From: a virus
Virus record (IMG/VR): IMGVR_UViG_3300035047_000215
Direction: 5' to 3' (one strand)
DNA length: 64,000 bases
Part shown: piece after piece, positions 40,901 to 44,924 of the stretch
How the letters are laid out: each line of letters opens with the position of its first letter
Position numbering within the stretch: the stretch's first letter is position 1
Notes under the pieces: generated by a model
Databases searched by the model: none
Seen by the model: only the letters and a program-made list of their open reading frames with translations
Told to the model about the DNA's origin: nothing
Made by a program: the position numbers and the translations under genes

Positions 40901-42057
40901 ATGAGACGTTCGGCGCTTCCAAACCGTCAGAGATCCGGGCCCTGGTTGATAGCGGCCGGGCTGATGATGCAGCTGCCAAAATGGCCCGGGAGCTTTTGGG
41001 CGACTATGGGGCCATATCCCGGCATGGTGAAATGCTCAGAAAGCACCTGATCCCGTTCTGGTCGTGGATGGAAATCAACCTGCCCCGGTACGTTTACCTG
41101 TTGCGGAACCTGAAGCATGAAGGCGGCACGGCCGGCACCGGCACCAGGGCGGCGGGCGTTCTGGCAAAGCGTGGATCCATGTTCGCCTTGAAGGCGTCCC
41201 TGCTGTACGGCGCAATCTCCCTGTGGAACCTGACAATGTTCCCGGATGAGGATGACGACCTGGGGGAAGCAAAGCGGGGACAGCTTCAGCTGATCCTGGG
41301 CAGAACCAAAGATGGATCCATCCGGACCTTGCGCGTTGAGGGTGCATTGTCTGATGCCCTTTCGTGGTTCGGAATGGAAGATCTTCCCGGGGATGTCAAA
41401 GACGTGTACCAGGGCCAGGCAAACCTGACAGACAAGGGCGTTGATATGGGAAAGGCCCTGGTCAATCGATTTGCCCAGGGGTTGAGGCCCGATGCCAAGA
41501 CCATGGCCGAAGTGGCTGCCGGCAGGAAATTTTATCCGGACGTGTTCTCCCCTAGGCCTATTCGGGACACGGTTGAACATGTCCTTGGTACCGTGAAAAT
41601 GCAGATGCCGTATCAGTGGATGACCGGGAAACCGAAAAAGGGGAGCACGGCATCTGAGCACCTGGTGAATGATTTGCTCCAGATGTTCACATACACCACG
41701 GAAGCTGGTGTGCAGGCTTACTATGATACCCGGTCGCAAGTGTATGACTGGAAGGATAAGAACGGGCAGGAGTCAGGCGGGGGCCAGCCGACATCCAGGG
41801 GCAATGCCCTGTATTATTACAAACAGGCCATGAAATACGGAGACCTGGAAGCAGCAGACAGGTATATCCGGAAATACGCTGAATTGGGCGGGACCTACCA
41901 GGGGCTGAAGCAGTCCATTCGGATGGCGCACCCGCTTTCAGGGATAAAGAAGCAGGACCGGGCCAGATTCTTGAGTGAGCTGACCCCGGCCCAGAGAGAC
42001 CGCCTTAACCAGGCGATTCAATGGTATCAATCAACATATTTAGGGAGAAAATCATGA
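25996..42057 (+). CDS. Giant multi-domain 'polyvalent' protein (~5,350 aa): MTase + SNF2/SBNO-type helicase + 2 x HExxH + ART-like + PRTase + unassigned regions
   Basis: A single stop-free frame of 16 kb. ATG 25996 is preceded by AAGGTG (25984-25989); the alternative GTG at 25987 is the listed start. There is an ATGA overlap with the next gene at 42054-42057. Motifs are listed in the domain features below. Confidence 0.9.
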   Translation: MGFPSKIDADWVDNLTDEEADKIHKKSWETDPEYRKMFEDDPDIPDPSIYAPKPPPEPPKGRTVGGTLKDVAISGAKSIISTGEMVPGLLDIPTGGRVSKAMEDHLGYDPQGTKDWLSSHYSDAQKRANQKLAEAEGFWGTVKTALQNPSTIGHAAVESLPLMFAGGAIGRGGVKVLNRYGPKIWVNASTKMKMALAAGAGEGAVISGLSASEIRQETEDGYLSLGQSAAAVASGLLGGAIGFAGGRVAQKLGIADPDTMLVGLSNDLRPQHIAKRIITGGITEGVFEELPQESQEAIWVNAALGRPLMEGVAESGAMGMLAGGLMGAGTQLKPGRQEQAPPDPRRRVLAEATHNPDNPSLAIGAATTGMTTVQASSVTRRLNDLEDPGAREKAVDEIEKALVKAAPTPEEGKRRAKAFAGYALGKIDAGEEIEIDADLVEYASLDPVAKNEYAKDTMLGAAEETIQTLEKKIGNLEKIKKPTPEMQANLEQFKADLDVAMQSYDALSAADPAQEAAEETATETDAKPDEKSDQAPAMEDSEAADLYTDEELDKVAGPDITPDDVQEFLSYGVTEEEVAAMDTETAKQTLFDLRTQAENLAIQEAEWGNRDAGVPETDEAGTRDQMAWKNRKTDIPETDEGANRDYYQIEQDIKGQREKAKVDNNLEKVTNDSDKVDNPPLKDTDSADMDEATLRQTLDGGQTVPESVLDNHPDLKKEYYDKVTNNELDMVLTGDGKIGFKEMDPGYIPQDVGKNKDGEKIFTRPVEPGKRYVDDSNGNQSGTTGTPEQLFKEGKTRFLTDEEIQKFTAESLQPGQTVTWKNKKGKEFTGTLNKQQGKNWHITLDNGNNSIMPGTQLSPVESEQKTHDDKDIEIDGDTVSVDMPAAEEKTLKPAEQKKYLMDEIDAAIKKAPDSKERPTSGGNDASMDFRYNKLNFGYITIEVPNDGEYNVLNTKTALAEFKKRAKRFPAKEFEQTNPMPKPAGTRPTNTRVTGFAGDYIREYAPKRSTKVPDPPARGGKYYQQDGWFSNGVTAVKATPKNLSKQYPKEAFPDGGLEKLINDGQTDNHEVTAVTELYESPDADIQTLKAVVFAEDAPPNKNTAVFDPRQLDLVFRFFPDAKMSIKFGESSAGEYGILFFKDKGQVVGVVQSHYTKRETDSHIKRALSEIQRKRDVEKEKQARPSETADPVADRLKRAKEELPTGYYIQRERGSDGSAVFSLMKDGRYVVNGLNHSVNGIDEAVRQAKSRVKKTEPVTPASVAYGHLKAGKGFKNITEARKVIGEATGQEIKPGTTEAKQMDEVIEVVAVRVAREIVAEGKSPQETFDALVDLQDRMPNLSVRTSTSMRNQAYSTPLPLAYVASLRAGITGKTSVFEPSAGNGALLIGANPKKVIANEIDPSRVLNLQYQGFGKVMQEDGSAFTVSMMDDRVDVVVGNPPFGTVKDDRGNSRRWTITHEYETTQIDHAMVFNALEQMKPDGRAVFIIGSVKDQNTEERARMNLYRNPTKVQFFKHLMDNYNVVDLFSVSGKLYSKQGAKWPVDVIVIDGSGKSAMTLPGAKPPPYISTLEQLKEKLDGTRTDSLDADGTRGPGDSTVPAGDSDTQGTGIGQNDVHEQLGVGTPVDGGTVREPGGSDGTSGVEAGEPGTASGGGGRGKSGTDVGSGHQPTDSGSTESVGDSGHGTQQAADGDKQRGGKTDTGKGQQHLGGQSPVSIDQELANTSEADLDAMLDEAFGEDITVPQDISEELQNMSEDEIDSLIDDVFDAPAKTAKTKIPDEKPDRGRRSTDVGLQSTRAKNEEAIERYLKNWARREARKNKPPKRPPKNPPKDPKDNLEDIALESLEGVKDAVSGLSALFTPRNTLSSGFIFNEETYKAAKPYFVSAWNHAKAAGHSLKQLIQHLATQFGAEIKPYLKRFFVDQTAAEKNKDKKPPEPKEEKADPETQVAYTPASKSTAIGTLMPKNMAESINTALKAVQDQHGDIDKYVADQLGYTVEEVVGTKGKFGYFSAEQVDAIALAMNNISVGSGFIIGDQTGVGKGRVVAAMIRYAMRNDMVPVFVTHKAYLYSDMYRDLSDIGMADIADRILMTNSNEKIPLTADGEKILSTKATHLQNLRRMTSEGEISKDYDVVFTTYDQMNTTGSARRVFMETITRGRGMLIMDEAHNAGGTAGDRVNPQTGQVPRSIWFRELIQNAHSTFYSSATYAKRPDTMSLYSRTDMRLAVDDINDLAHAIGQGGVPLQQVTATMLAEAGQYIRRERSFDGVDYNTETVEVDQVKAAAMSVAFADIKKFSDEYIGGAMQDIEDGGAAGGTSVSGSSSASDRNISTTGFTSVMHNLIGQTLLALKVPAAVDLAIKQYQETGKKPIIALANTMGSFIEEHALENHLTPGDGIGLSFNHLIANYLDKTRRYKEGKKPNQVERYITDEQLGPEGVREFNRVKNMIYDLDFSGVPISPVDYALGKFKEAGISAGEITGRHHTIEYRKDGTTTYQRRGTKETSNKAKVDLMRDFNEDKVNAMVLNQSGSTGLSLHALPKWEGHDPAERVMILVQTEANIDTHMQMLGRVHRAGQVKTPTYIQLTGNIPTEMRGAAVLAGKMASLNANTTAAKGSKLEAEGVVDFINKYGNRVVANIMGDFPEIHEALGSPLPQKDSTASGLSELGAARKVTGRIPLLRTIKEQKDLYDMILSEYKDLIEQLDAMGQNDLEAKSFDTDARTLSRAVVFEGRGQSPFTREAVAEVVDMKKIGRSYTSQEVTNLLKQYVLGMDSTTAKNTDRTIQELMVDVEVAKEERYQDKMEAFRVFLNEQLEDIEDEDRRQATRVRLTTIADHWRFIHDVAIPGTVWEFPLGDTYFPMVVLNVQQKGSPKNPLALGTWRVTFAVPDSARRFEISFAAINNLVRTEQDLLDGNRGPATDADLARFDRARRTAREDRTIMTGNLLAAYARYSRGRIINFTDNNGKVRQGILMPQTFNTQEAFQAQRVVLDNPDNIMAVLNEGIAVKSRRGDLIAGNVRSRSGAIDPDTFSLSVPSSRVKGATYFLNQGLLDAIGRDREFVKRGNRMIATVPRSRIRGAFKHMLDNMNELFENASDNQRVRNVLGIEDLTVEQVGESATQTEDSQAQFSTNADYTPGQGLDLKDIQSRFKGQSLFLTKDGTIAIRMKNGMGLVVRMVNFGNGDTRMAMDMGRMKEGGVVLGKYENLEIQLNQDLADTLTRDHELWHFLEENLLTESERMVFRNKAKAYEAAGKFKFEWRSDMKENSANAFAQFLQERELHRGTALGRVIQKILDFIDGLRHIAQMSERKLAREVEGGQMFSRQPVHGQSGQTSFAAAPGRDSAAFKKWFKNSKVVDENGEPMVVYHGTMRDFNIFGSGREGQISTNIGTHFAKDPTVTDAFTMGNYTLPSSHSVDTWNPENSWYRDKDGNVRFDGVVVVQNQMENKVEVHNVEKHGPLSNLKSHWAPRVAAPGGRVHPTYLSIQNPLVVDNDPSFSLDDYDVAKEIAKVVLPMDQALFVHLATRNLMLSEEQAAKVWSAFKDGDPVTSPAASSLAEIMGGKDGLKYHTWEEYISANNGIMNHAPRERVVQLLTRAGYDGVVYNNTSRNEVMPGADPKAYIILEPTQAKSVYNRGAWDGTNPDPRYNTQEDRLAYDDALFANKYVSRRVGRKLTEKEKEVGRLAYGIKGLNPDHVKKAAQEMADKIPGDKSKAILVPIPGHTGDTAANVAIAEQIAKITGAKIQDILVREAGPSQRDLRVSRKKTQSPKEIVTAAGEKISRTEDVYFIDNVITSGATIRAARDAVGGGRGLVYAKSFSKGPKYTFAGPEALGADKGMAFEAQQMRDAGKSRKAVWEKTGWWEIIPGSDVWSWEIDDSKANVNLDALQSLPGRLDLATQYLRDQGHITGKQDIGSPAATEPLRKKALAWADEQIKSGEAASIPLDQVLDHPELHENYPFLKGIKVTRATSPEYAGVFDPDTNTIGVSGFIHEDPKQVFLHEIQHAIQDHEGFATGGNPDLFVNDPTFTPTPLSKRLAAAVRRHEEAGRGPDDYFKERGPDGEWITSVEDAKRFLKAVRSANAYNTYRLLTGEAQARLTERRMVLKGNKTRKAEPPWITLKGIMQEEGLLQEGQEPEDVLITRYVESVSASVVEDKNEIKRLESGKKIKVFRAMQVIDGELYPPMSAKVDGKLREPTKIGQWEKADENPELIKKGNKFKLDKANKSSIAAAYNPYFHTSASPLNDQFSSAYKRPNLVTVEVEIPASELTSGYKAEGAKDSVGEKKWHSGPVSSKLSAGKKRTVILSRYAKVLRIVPDSEVAGTIANLLEGENVTIPEKVVTLSLRAELEKRGVPIAGAQYSTSSDRKDPMSVLPEPARVRMKKARGVDHTSFIDEAKNWFQKVKEQTAHFPELTRVQDKSKRAIFKEMLRQHQEIPTISQDKAARAIHGFVSGMTKQEYDLYSLRLILGDEIANLNDGARTEKNLPFGFKSANEIRESYRKINQMVEASPKVKKALDARQEYQHQVARRLVEHGILNKDVLKKKEYFHHQVLQYWNLKERALKGLGTGSKDARSHWRPWMTKRKDSPLDYNTEYVEAELMALAQMIAQADTADSLRKIRAEADILPELKQAAKQVNTQMIDAIYYKLAKQGKWEVTKDGEPVDPLLPFKQKIAIGFSQLEKLAKDNSLTYDPGFEHLVDALAKGNTSHPQIWQFLSNQIQKEHSGSMQAAMIYKNIKARDQFIKDTLGDRFKTAENMVPDGYVAWEPKKNTGWFKVNTIADQTLEKVLSGEKALQDPDVKQILAKGRPQYWVIPEGLADTMDNFRPVPSDFALGRLSGRIMTGWKQYILLNPLSVMKYNINNMSGDLDATLAFDPKIATYSRQAFKDIRKWMKYGKNEELDIARDKGVIGSGFAVQEVEDTIQMLGVNRVVDEVMLEKNPKLVSKYWATVKGWSTWRENTLRLAAYRYFKDQHKKGVYETFGASKPSEIRALVDSGRADDAAAKMARELLGDYGAISRHGEMLRKHLIPFWSWMEINLPRYVYLLRNLKHEGGTAGTGTRAAGVLAKRGSMFALKASLLYGAISLWNLTMFPDEDDDLGEAKRGQLQLILGRTKDGSIRTLRVEGALSDALSWFGMEDLPGDVKDVYQGQANLTDKGVDMGKALVNRFAQGLRPDAKTMAEVAAGRKFYPDVFSPRPIRDTVEHVLGTVKMQMPYQWMTGKPKKGSTASEHLVNDLLQMFTYTTEAGVQAYYDTRSQVYDWKDKNGQESGGGQPTSRGNALYYYKQAMKYGDLEAADRYIRKYAELGGTYQGLKQSIRMAHPLSGIKKQDRARFLSELTPAQRDRLNQAIQWYQSTYLGRKS
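26182..26991 (+). other. Giant ORF segment: glycine-zipper/hydrophobic N-terminal region
   Basis: aa ~66-335 contain repeated small-residue hydrophobic blocks: ESLPLMFAGGAIGRGGV, MALAAGAGEGAVISGLSA, AAAVASGLLGGAIGFAGG, GAMGMLAGGLMGAG. Confidence 0.6.
29990..30700 (+). other. Giant ORF segment: N6-adenine DNA methyltransferase domain
   Basis: Motif I is VFEPSAGNGALL (~30114-30150). Motif IV is VVGNPPFG (NPPF at 30304-30315). Confidence 0.75.
32040..34900 (+). other. Giant ORF segment: SF2 helicase of SNF2/strawberry-notch type with long C-terminal extension
   Basis: GDQTGVGKGR (GVGKG at 32101-32115), LIMDEAHN (32476-32490), LNQSGSTGLSLH (~33553-33591) and QMLGRVHRAGQ (33676-33708). Confidence 0.75.
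35560..35700 (+). other. Giant ORF segment: first HExxH zincin-like motif
   Basis: ..GKYENLEIQLNQDLADTLTRDHELWHFLEENL.., with HELWH at 35641-35655. Confidence 0.45.
36000..36915 (+). other. Giant ORF segment: ADP-ribosyltransferase-like domain (of the kind seen in polyvalent proteins)
   Basis: FKKWFKNSKVVDENGEPMVVYHGT..FNIFG..THFAKD...GYDGVVYNNTSRNEVMPG..YIILEPTQAKSV. This is recalled similarity only; no search was run. Confidence 0.45.
37030..37420 (+). other. Giant ORF segment: ComF-type phosphoribosyltransferase domain
   Basis: ..AILVPIPGHTGDT..PSQRDLRVSRKK..EDVYFIDNVITSGATIRAARDAV. The PRPP-binding loop is at ~37327-37365. Confidence 0.65.
37450..38290 (+). other. Giant ORF segment: second HExxH zincin-like metallopeptidase domain
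   Basis: ..WSWEIDDSKANV..LDHPELHENYPFL..VFLHEIQHAIQDHEGFATGG..LLTGEAQARLTERR, with HEIQH at 37969-37983. Confidence 0.55.
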
Positions 42058-42452
42058 AGAAGTATTTGGCGATGATGATGATAGCGGTAATCGGATGTTT
42101 TCTGTTTATGGGATGTCTTGGAGAAAAGACAACCGGCCCGCCCGTGACGGAAAACAAGGTGTTGAAAACGGCAAATGCCATCTATCTCGATATCAGAACG
42201 ATTGTCACGGACCCCGAAGTTAAACCGATGTTCACGGACAAAGAACTGGATCGAATGGCGGAGCTGGAACAGGAGTACCTGGAAGCGGCCAAAATATTAA
42301 GGGCTTTTCCGGACGATGCCGGTGCCATCGATCAGCTGTCCTGGGTTGCAACAGAGATCCTTTATACAATCAATGCCGTGAAGGTGGAGAAATACCGGCC
42401 CTATGTGGCGGCAATCCGGATATCGATCAAGCTGTTGAGGAATCATATCTGA
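42054..42452 (+). CDS. Lipoprotein (lysis-cassette associated; spanin-like?)
   Basis: ATG 42054 overlaps the giant-ORF stop (ATGA). MKKYLAMMMIAVIGCFLFMGC is a signal peptide with a lipobox-like FMGC. Confidence 0.65.
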   Translation: MKKYLAMMMIAVIGCFLFMGCLGEKTTGPPVTENKVLKTANAIYLDIRTIVTDPEVKPMFTDKELDRMAELEQEYLEAAKILRAFPDDAGAIDQLSWVATEILYTINAVKVEKYRPYVAAIRISIKLLRNHI

Positions 42453-42811
42453 TGGCGTGGATCAGGGAAATGCCCACAAGCCGATGCTTGGATTATAAGT
42501 GGTCCATGCTGGTGGATGAGTTCGAGTGTTTTTCTGATATTGTGGGCCGGATCGTGATACCGGTCAGGTTCACTTGTGATTGGGAGTCTGTGCCTCTTTT
42601 TAAAGGCACGTCAAAGGTGGCCGGGCTGATACATGACTATCTGTCCCGGCACGACTCCCGCCCGGTGGTGACAAAAAAGATCGCCGCAGATGTGTATTTG
42701 GAGTTTATGAAATTCCGTGGCACCCCGGCTTGGAGGCGGTATTTAAAATATTTGGTAGTGCTGGCATGGCCCGGGTACTTTCATAAAAAATCGGTGTATT
42801 GGCAAAAATGA
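42452..42811 (+). CDS. DUF1353-like protein
   Basis: 119 aa. ..RFTCDWESVP.. and ..GLIHDYLS.. resemble the DG.S.P / HD.LY motifs I associate with DUF1353. TGATG overlap. Confidence 0.45.
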   Translation: MAWIREMPTSRCLDYKWSMLVDEFECFSDIVGRIVIPVRFTCDWESVPLFKGTSKVAGLIHDYLSRHDSRPVVTKKIAADVYLEFMKFRGTPAWRRYLKYLVVLAWPGYFHKKSVYWQK

Positions 42812-42835
42812 ACCTGAAACGGAAATGGTGGTGGC

Positions 42836-43114
42836 ATGACAAACGGATTAAGTTCCCAACAGGCTAAAATACTCTCAATGGTTTTGAATTTTGCGGTTCT
42901 GATTCTGATTGGCTGTGTGTCATATCTTTTTGTCAATCAGTCACAGATGGCGGTTAAGCAGGCAGAAATGGCGGAAAAGTATGTCATGGTCGAACAGTAC
43001 CGGATAGATGCCCGTAGATCGGAAGCTACCGTTTGCAGGCTTGAGGCGAAGTTTGAAGACTTTGCGAATCGGATGGATGTCAAATTGGATAAAATCATTA
43101 TGAGGCAGAATTGA
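42836..43114 (+). CDS. Single-pass membrane protein with coiled-coil tail (holin or i-spanin candidate)
   Basis: 92 aa with the TM helix ILSMVLNFAVLILIGCVSYLFV followed by a charged helical region. Confidence 0.5.
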   Translation: MTNGLSSQQAKILSMVLNFAVLILIGCVSYLFVNQSQMAVKQAEMAEKYVMVEQYRIDARRSEATVCRLEAKFEDFANRMDVKLDKIIMRQN

Positions 43115-43125
43115 CGAGGTGACAC

Positions 43126-43494
43126 ATGGACTGGAAAGATTATTACCCGCTGTTCAAACCAGATGAGTTCGTCTGCAAATGTGGATGTGGCAAACAGGAC
43201 ATGCAGAAAGAACATATGGATAAGCTATTCAGGGCCAGAATCAATGCTGGAATTCCATTTATCATTACCTCAGGATCTCGATGTTTGGAGCATAATAACT
43301 TTGTTGGTGGATCTGCTACTTCTGACCATCTGAAAGGTTATGGATCAGATATTCGAGCAAATTCTGGCAGAGCTAAGTGGCTAATCCTGACGGCTTTGAT
43401 AAATGCTGGTTTTAACAGAATAGGTATTGGTAAAAACTTTATTCATGCAGGCAATGATCCTCAGAACTCTGAAATGGTGGTTTGGACATACTGA
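43126..43494 (+). CDS. Endolysin, peptidase M15 (D-Ala-D-Ala carboxypeptidase-like) family
   Basis: 122 aa. ..ITSGSRCLEHNNFVGGSATSDHLKGYGSDI..FIHAGND matches the H..D..H zinc-ligand pattern of M15A/M15_3 peptidases. The gene is AT-rich. Confidence 0.75.
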   Translation: MDWKDYYPLFKPDEFVCKCGCGKQDMQKEHMDKLFRARINAGIPFIITSGSRCLEHNNFVGGSATSDHLKGYGSDIRANSGRAKWLILTALINAGFNRIGIGKNFIHAGNDPQNSEMVVWTY

Positions 43495-43679
43495 TGAAAA
43501 TGACACTCGCTGAAATCGAAGACCGGGCAAAGCAGATGATTCAGGCTGCCTGCCCGGTTCGATTATCCCCGCATGGTCAAAGAGATGCGGGACAGCCGAT
43601 GGTACCGTAAGGTTAAAACCCGGGCTGATGCGCTGATCCGGATTGTGGAAAATGGGCACCTGAAAGGGTAAATTTTCAG

Positions 43680-43705
43680 CTTTTCACACAAATCATTCTC
43701 ACAAA
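43680..43705 (+). repeat. 26-bp perfect direct repeat, copy 1 (CTTTTCACACAAATCATTCTCACAAA)
   Basis: Identical to 43890-43915. Together the two copies bracket the terminator and the tRNA fragment. Confidence 0.9.
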
Positions 43706-43710
43706 TGCAA

Positions 43711-43750
43711 AAAGGGCAGTCACCTGGAGGTTGGTGACTGCCCTTTATTT
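43711..43750. terminator. Bidirectional rho-independent terminator
   Basis: Perfect 14-bp stem AAAGGGCAGTCACC (43711-43724) / GGTGACTGCCCTTT (43733-43746) with an 8-nt loop. T-runs follow on both strands. Confidence 0.8.
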
Positions 43751-43776
43751 ATGGTGTTCTTGGTGTTATCCCTGTT

Positions 43777-43831
43777 TGACCTGGCTACCTGCTCCCAAAG
43801 CAGGCGCGCTACCAGACTGCGCTACGCCCCG
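43777..43831 (-). pseudogene. 5' two-thirds of a tRNA-Pro(UGG) (acceptor 5' strand, D arm, anticodon arm); no T arm or 3' acceptor. Candidate attP core
   Basis: The minus strand reads CGGGGCG-TA-GCGC-AGTCTGGTA-GCGC-G-CCTGC-TTTGGGA-GCAGG-TAGCC.. . The D and anticodon stems pair perfectly and the anticodon is UGG. Downstream sequence cannot form a T stem or CGCCCCG. Confidence 0.75.
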
Positions 43832-43853
43832 ACTGTCTTTCCTGGGTCCCTGG

Positions 43854-44924
43854 TCAACTCAGACCCACACATTCTCCCACATTCTCACCCTTTTCACACA
43901 AATCATTCTCACAAAAAATATCATTCAATTTTTCCACGGCGGACCTTTCGGCTGACTCGATACTGTGCAAATATATTTCAGTTGTCTGCAATGCCTTGTG
44001 ACCCAGTAGGGCACCGATGGTCTTTTTGGATATTTTCTCATGGTCAGCAAGGTACGATGCGATAAAGTGCCGGATGGCATGGAACCCGAATGCCGGCTTT
44101 ATATCGGCCCGCTTGCACAACCCCGCCATCATCTTCGGGCGGTGCATGTACCTGGTTTTTGTTTTCTCATTATAGAACACCCACATCTCACTTTCCCTTG
44201 TGTCCCATCGGCGTTTCAATATGCCATACAGCACATTATTCATGTAAATGGTGACGGATTCGTATGTACCCGATTTTCTTTTCCGTGTCCACTTTTTTAT
44301 TTCACGCCGGGTGAAATTGATATCTTGCCACCTCAGCCGTAACACTTCATCTATGCGGGCAACGGTATGGATCAAAACCATGAGAATATCCCGTTCATCT
44401 GTTTTTGGATCCGCGGCCATGATCAGCTTGAGGATATCTGTCTGAGGCGGTATGTATTTTTCATCCGGGGTATGGGGCATCTGATCCAGGTTCCAGCACG
44501 GGTTGTAATCGATGATGCGCTTCACCCTCTTTGCGAAGGTGAACAGGGCACACAGGTCTTTCCGGTGTGCATTGTAATTGTTGTTTGTGGGCCTGGTGTT
44601 AAGATAATGATGCAGGTGGGATGCTGTAATTTGATCGATTGGCAGGTTGCCGGTGTGCTTTACAAAACTTTTTAGTACGAAGGCTTTCTGTTTATATGTT
44701 TTGGGCGCAAACTTCCTTTTGGCAAGATCCAGGTATTCATAGGCAATGGTTTTAAAATCCGTGCCGGAAGTCGTCCGTGCAGACTTGAGCCGTTTTCTTT
44801 CTGCGGCCTCCGCTGCCATTGACTCCGTTTTTGTTTTGAACCCCGACTTGGTGTGACGATCCCCGTCCTTCATGAAATCGTACCGCCACACCCTGCCGGC
44901 CTTGTAAGATGTCATTGATAACAT
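43854..44924 (-). CDS. int: Tyrosine recombinase / phage integrase
   Basis: 356 aa. ..HTVARIDEVLRLRW.. (Arg), HAIRHFIASYL (HxxR) and LGHKALQTTEIYLH (His..Tyr). Confidence 0.9.
   Translation of the reverse strand: MLSMTSYKAGRVWRYDFMKDGDRHTKSGFKTKTESMAAEAAERKRLKSARTTSGTDFKTIAYEYLDLAKRKFAPKTYKQKAFVLKSFVKHTGNLPIDQITASHLHHYLNTRPTNNNYNAHRKDLCALFTFAKRVKRIIDYNPCWNLDQMPHTPDEKYIPPQTDILKLIMAADPKTDERDILMVLIHTVARIDEVLRLRWQDINFTRREIKKWTRKRKSGTYESVTIYMNNVLYGILKRRWDTRESEMWVFYNEKTKTRYMHRPKMMAGLCKRADIKPAFGFHAIRHFIASYLADHEKISKKTIGALLGHKALQTTEIYLHSIESAERSAVEKLNDIFCENDLCEKGENVGECVGLS
43890..43915 (+). repeat. 26-bp perfect direct repeat, copy 2 (inside the 3' end of int)
   Basis: Identical to 43680-43705. It is preceded by two more CACATTCTC units (43868-43886). 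Confidence 0.9.

Noticed and set aside
26142-41739. Dozens of listed ORFs in other frames or on the minus strand within the giant gene (for example 31249-31935, 33937-34581, 34708-35655, 40927-41739)
   Set aside because: All are nested in a 16-kb stop-free frame that carries multiple bona fide enzyme motifs. Their translations are Pro/Gly/Arg-rich shadows, and none is bounded by intergenic signals.
43494-43671. Two short overlapping-frame ORFs after the endolysin (38 aa at 43494-43610; 32 aa at 43573-43671) that would join into one ~60-aa protein with a 1-nt shift near 43557
   Set aside because: It could be a frameshifted small gene, two tiny ORFs or non-coding DNA. There is no motif and the pieces are too short to decide from sequence alone.
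43740-43860. An intact tRNA gene
   Set aside because: Only positions 1 to ~48 of the cloverleaf can be drawn. The following sequence (AGGTCAAACAGGGATAACACC..) cannot form a T stem-loop, and no CGCCCCG 3' acceptor strand is present.
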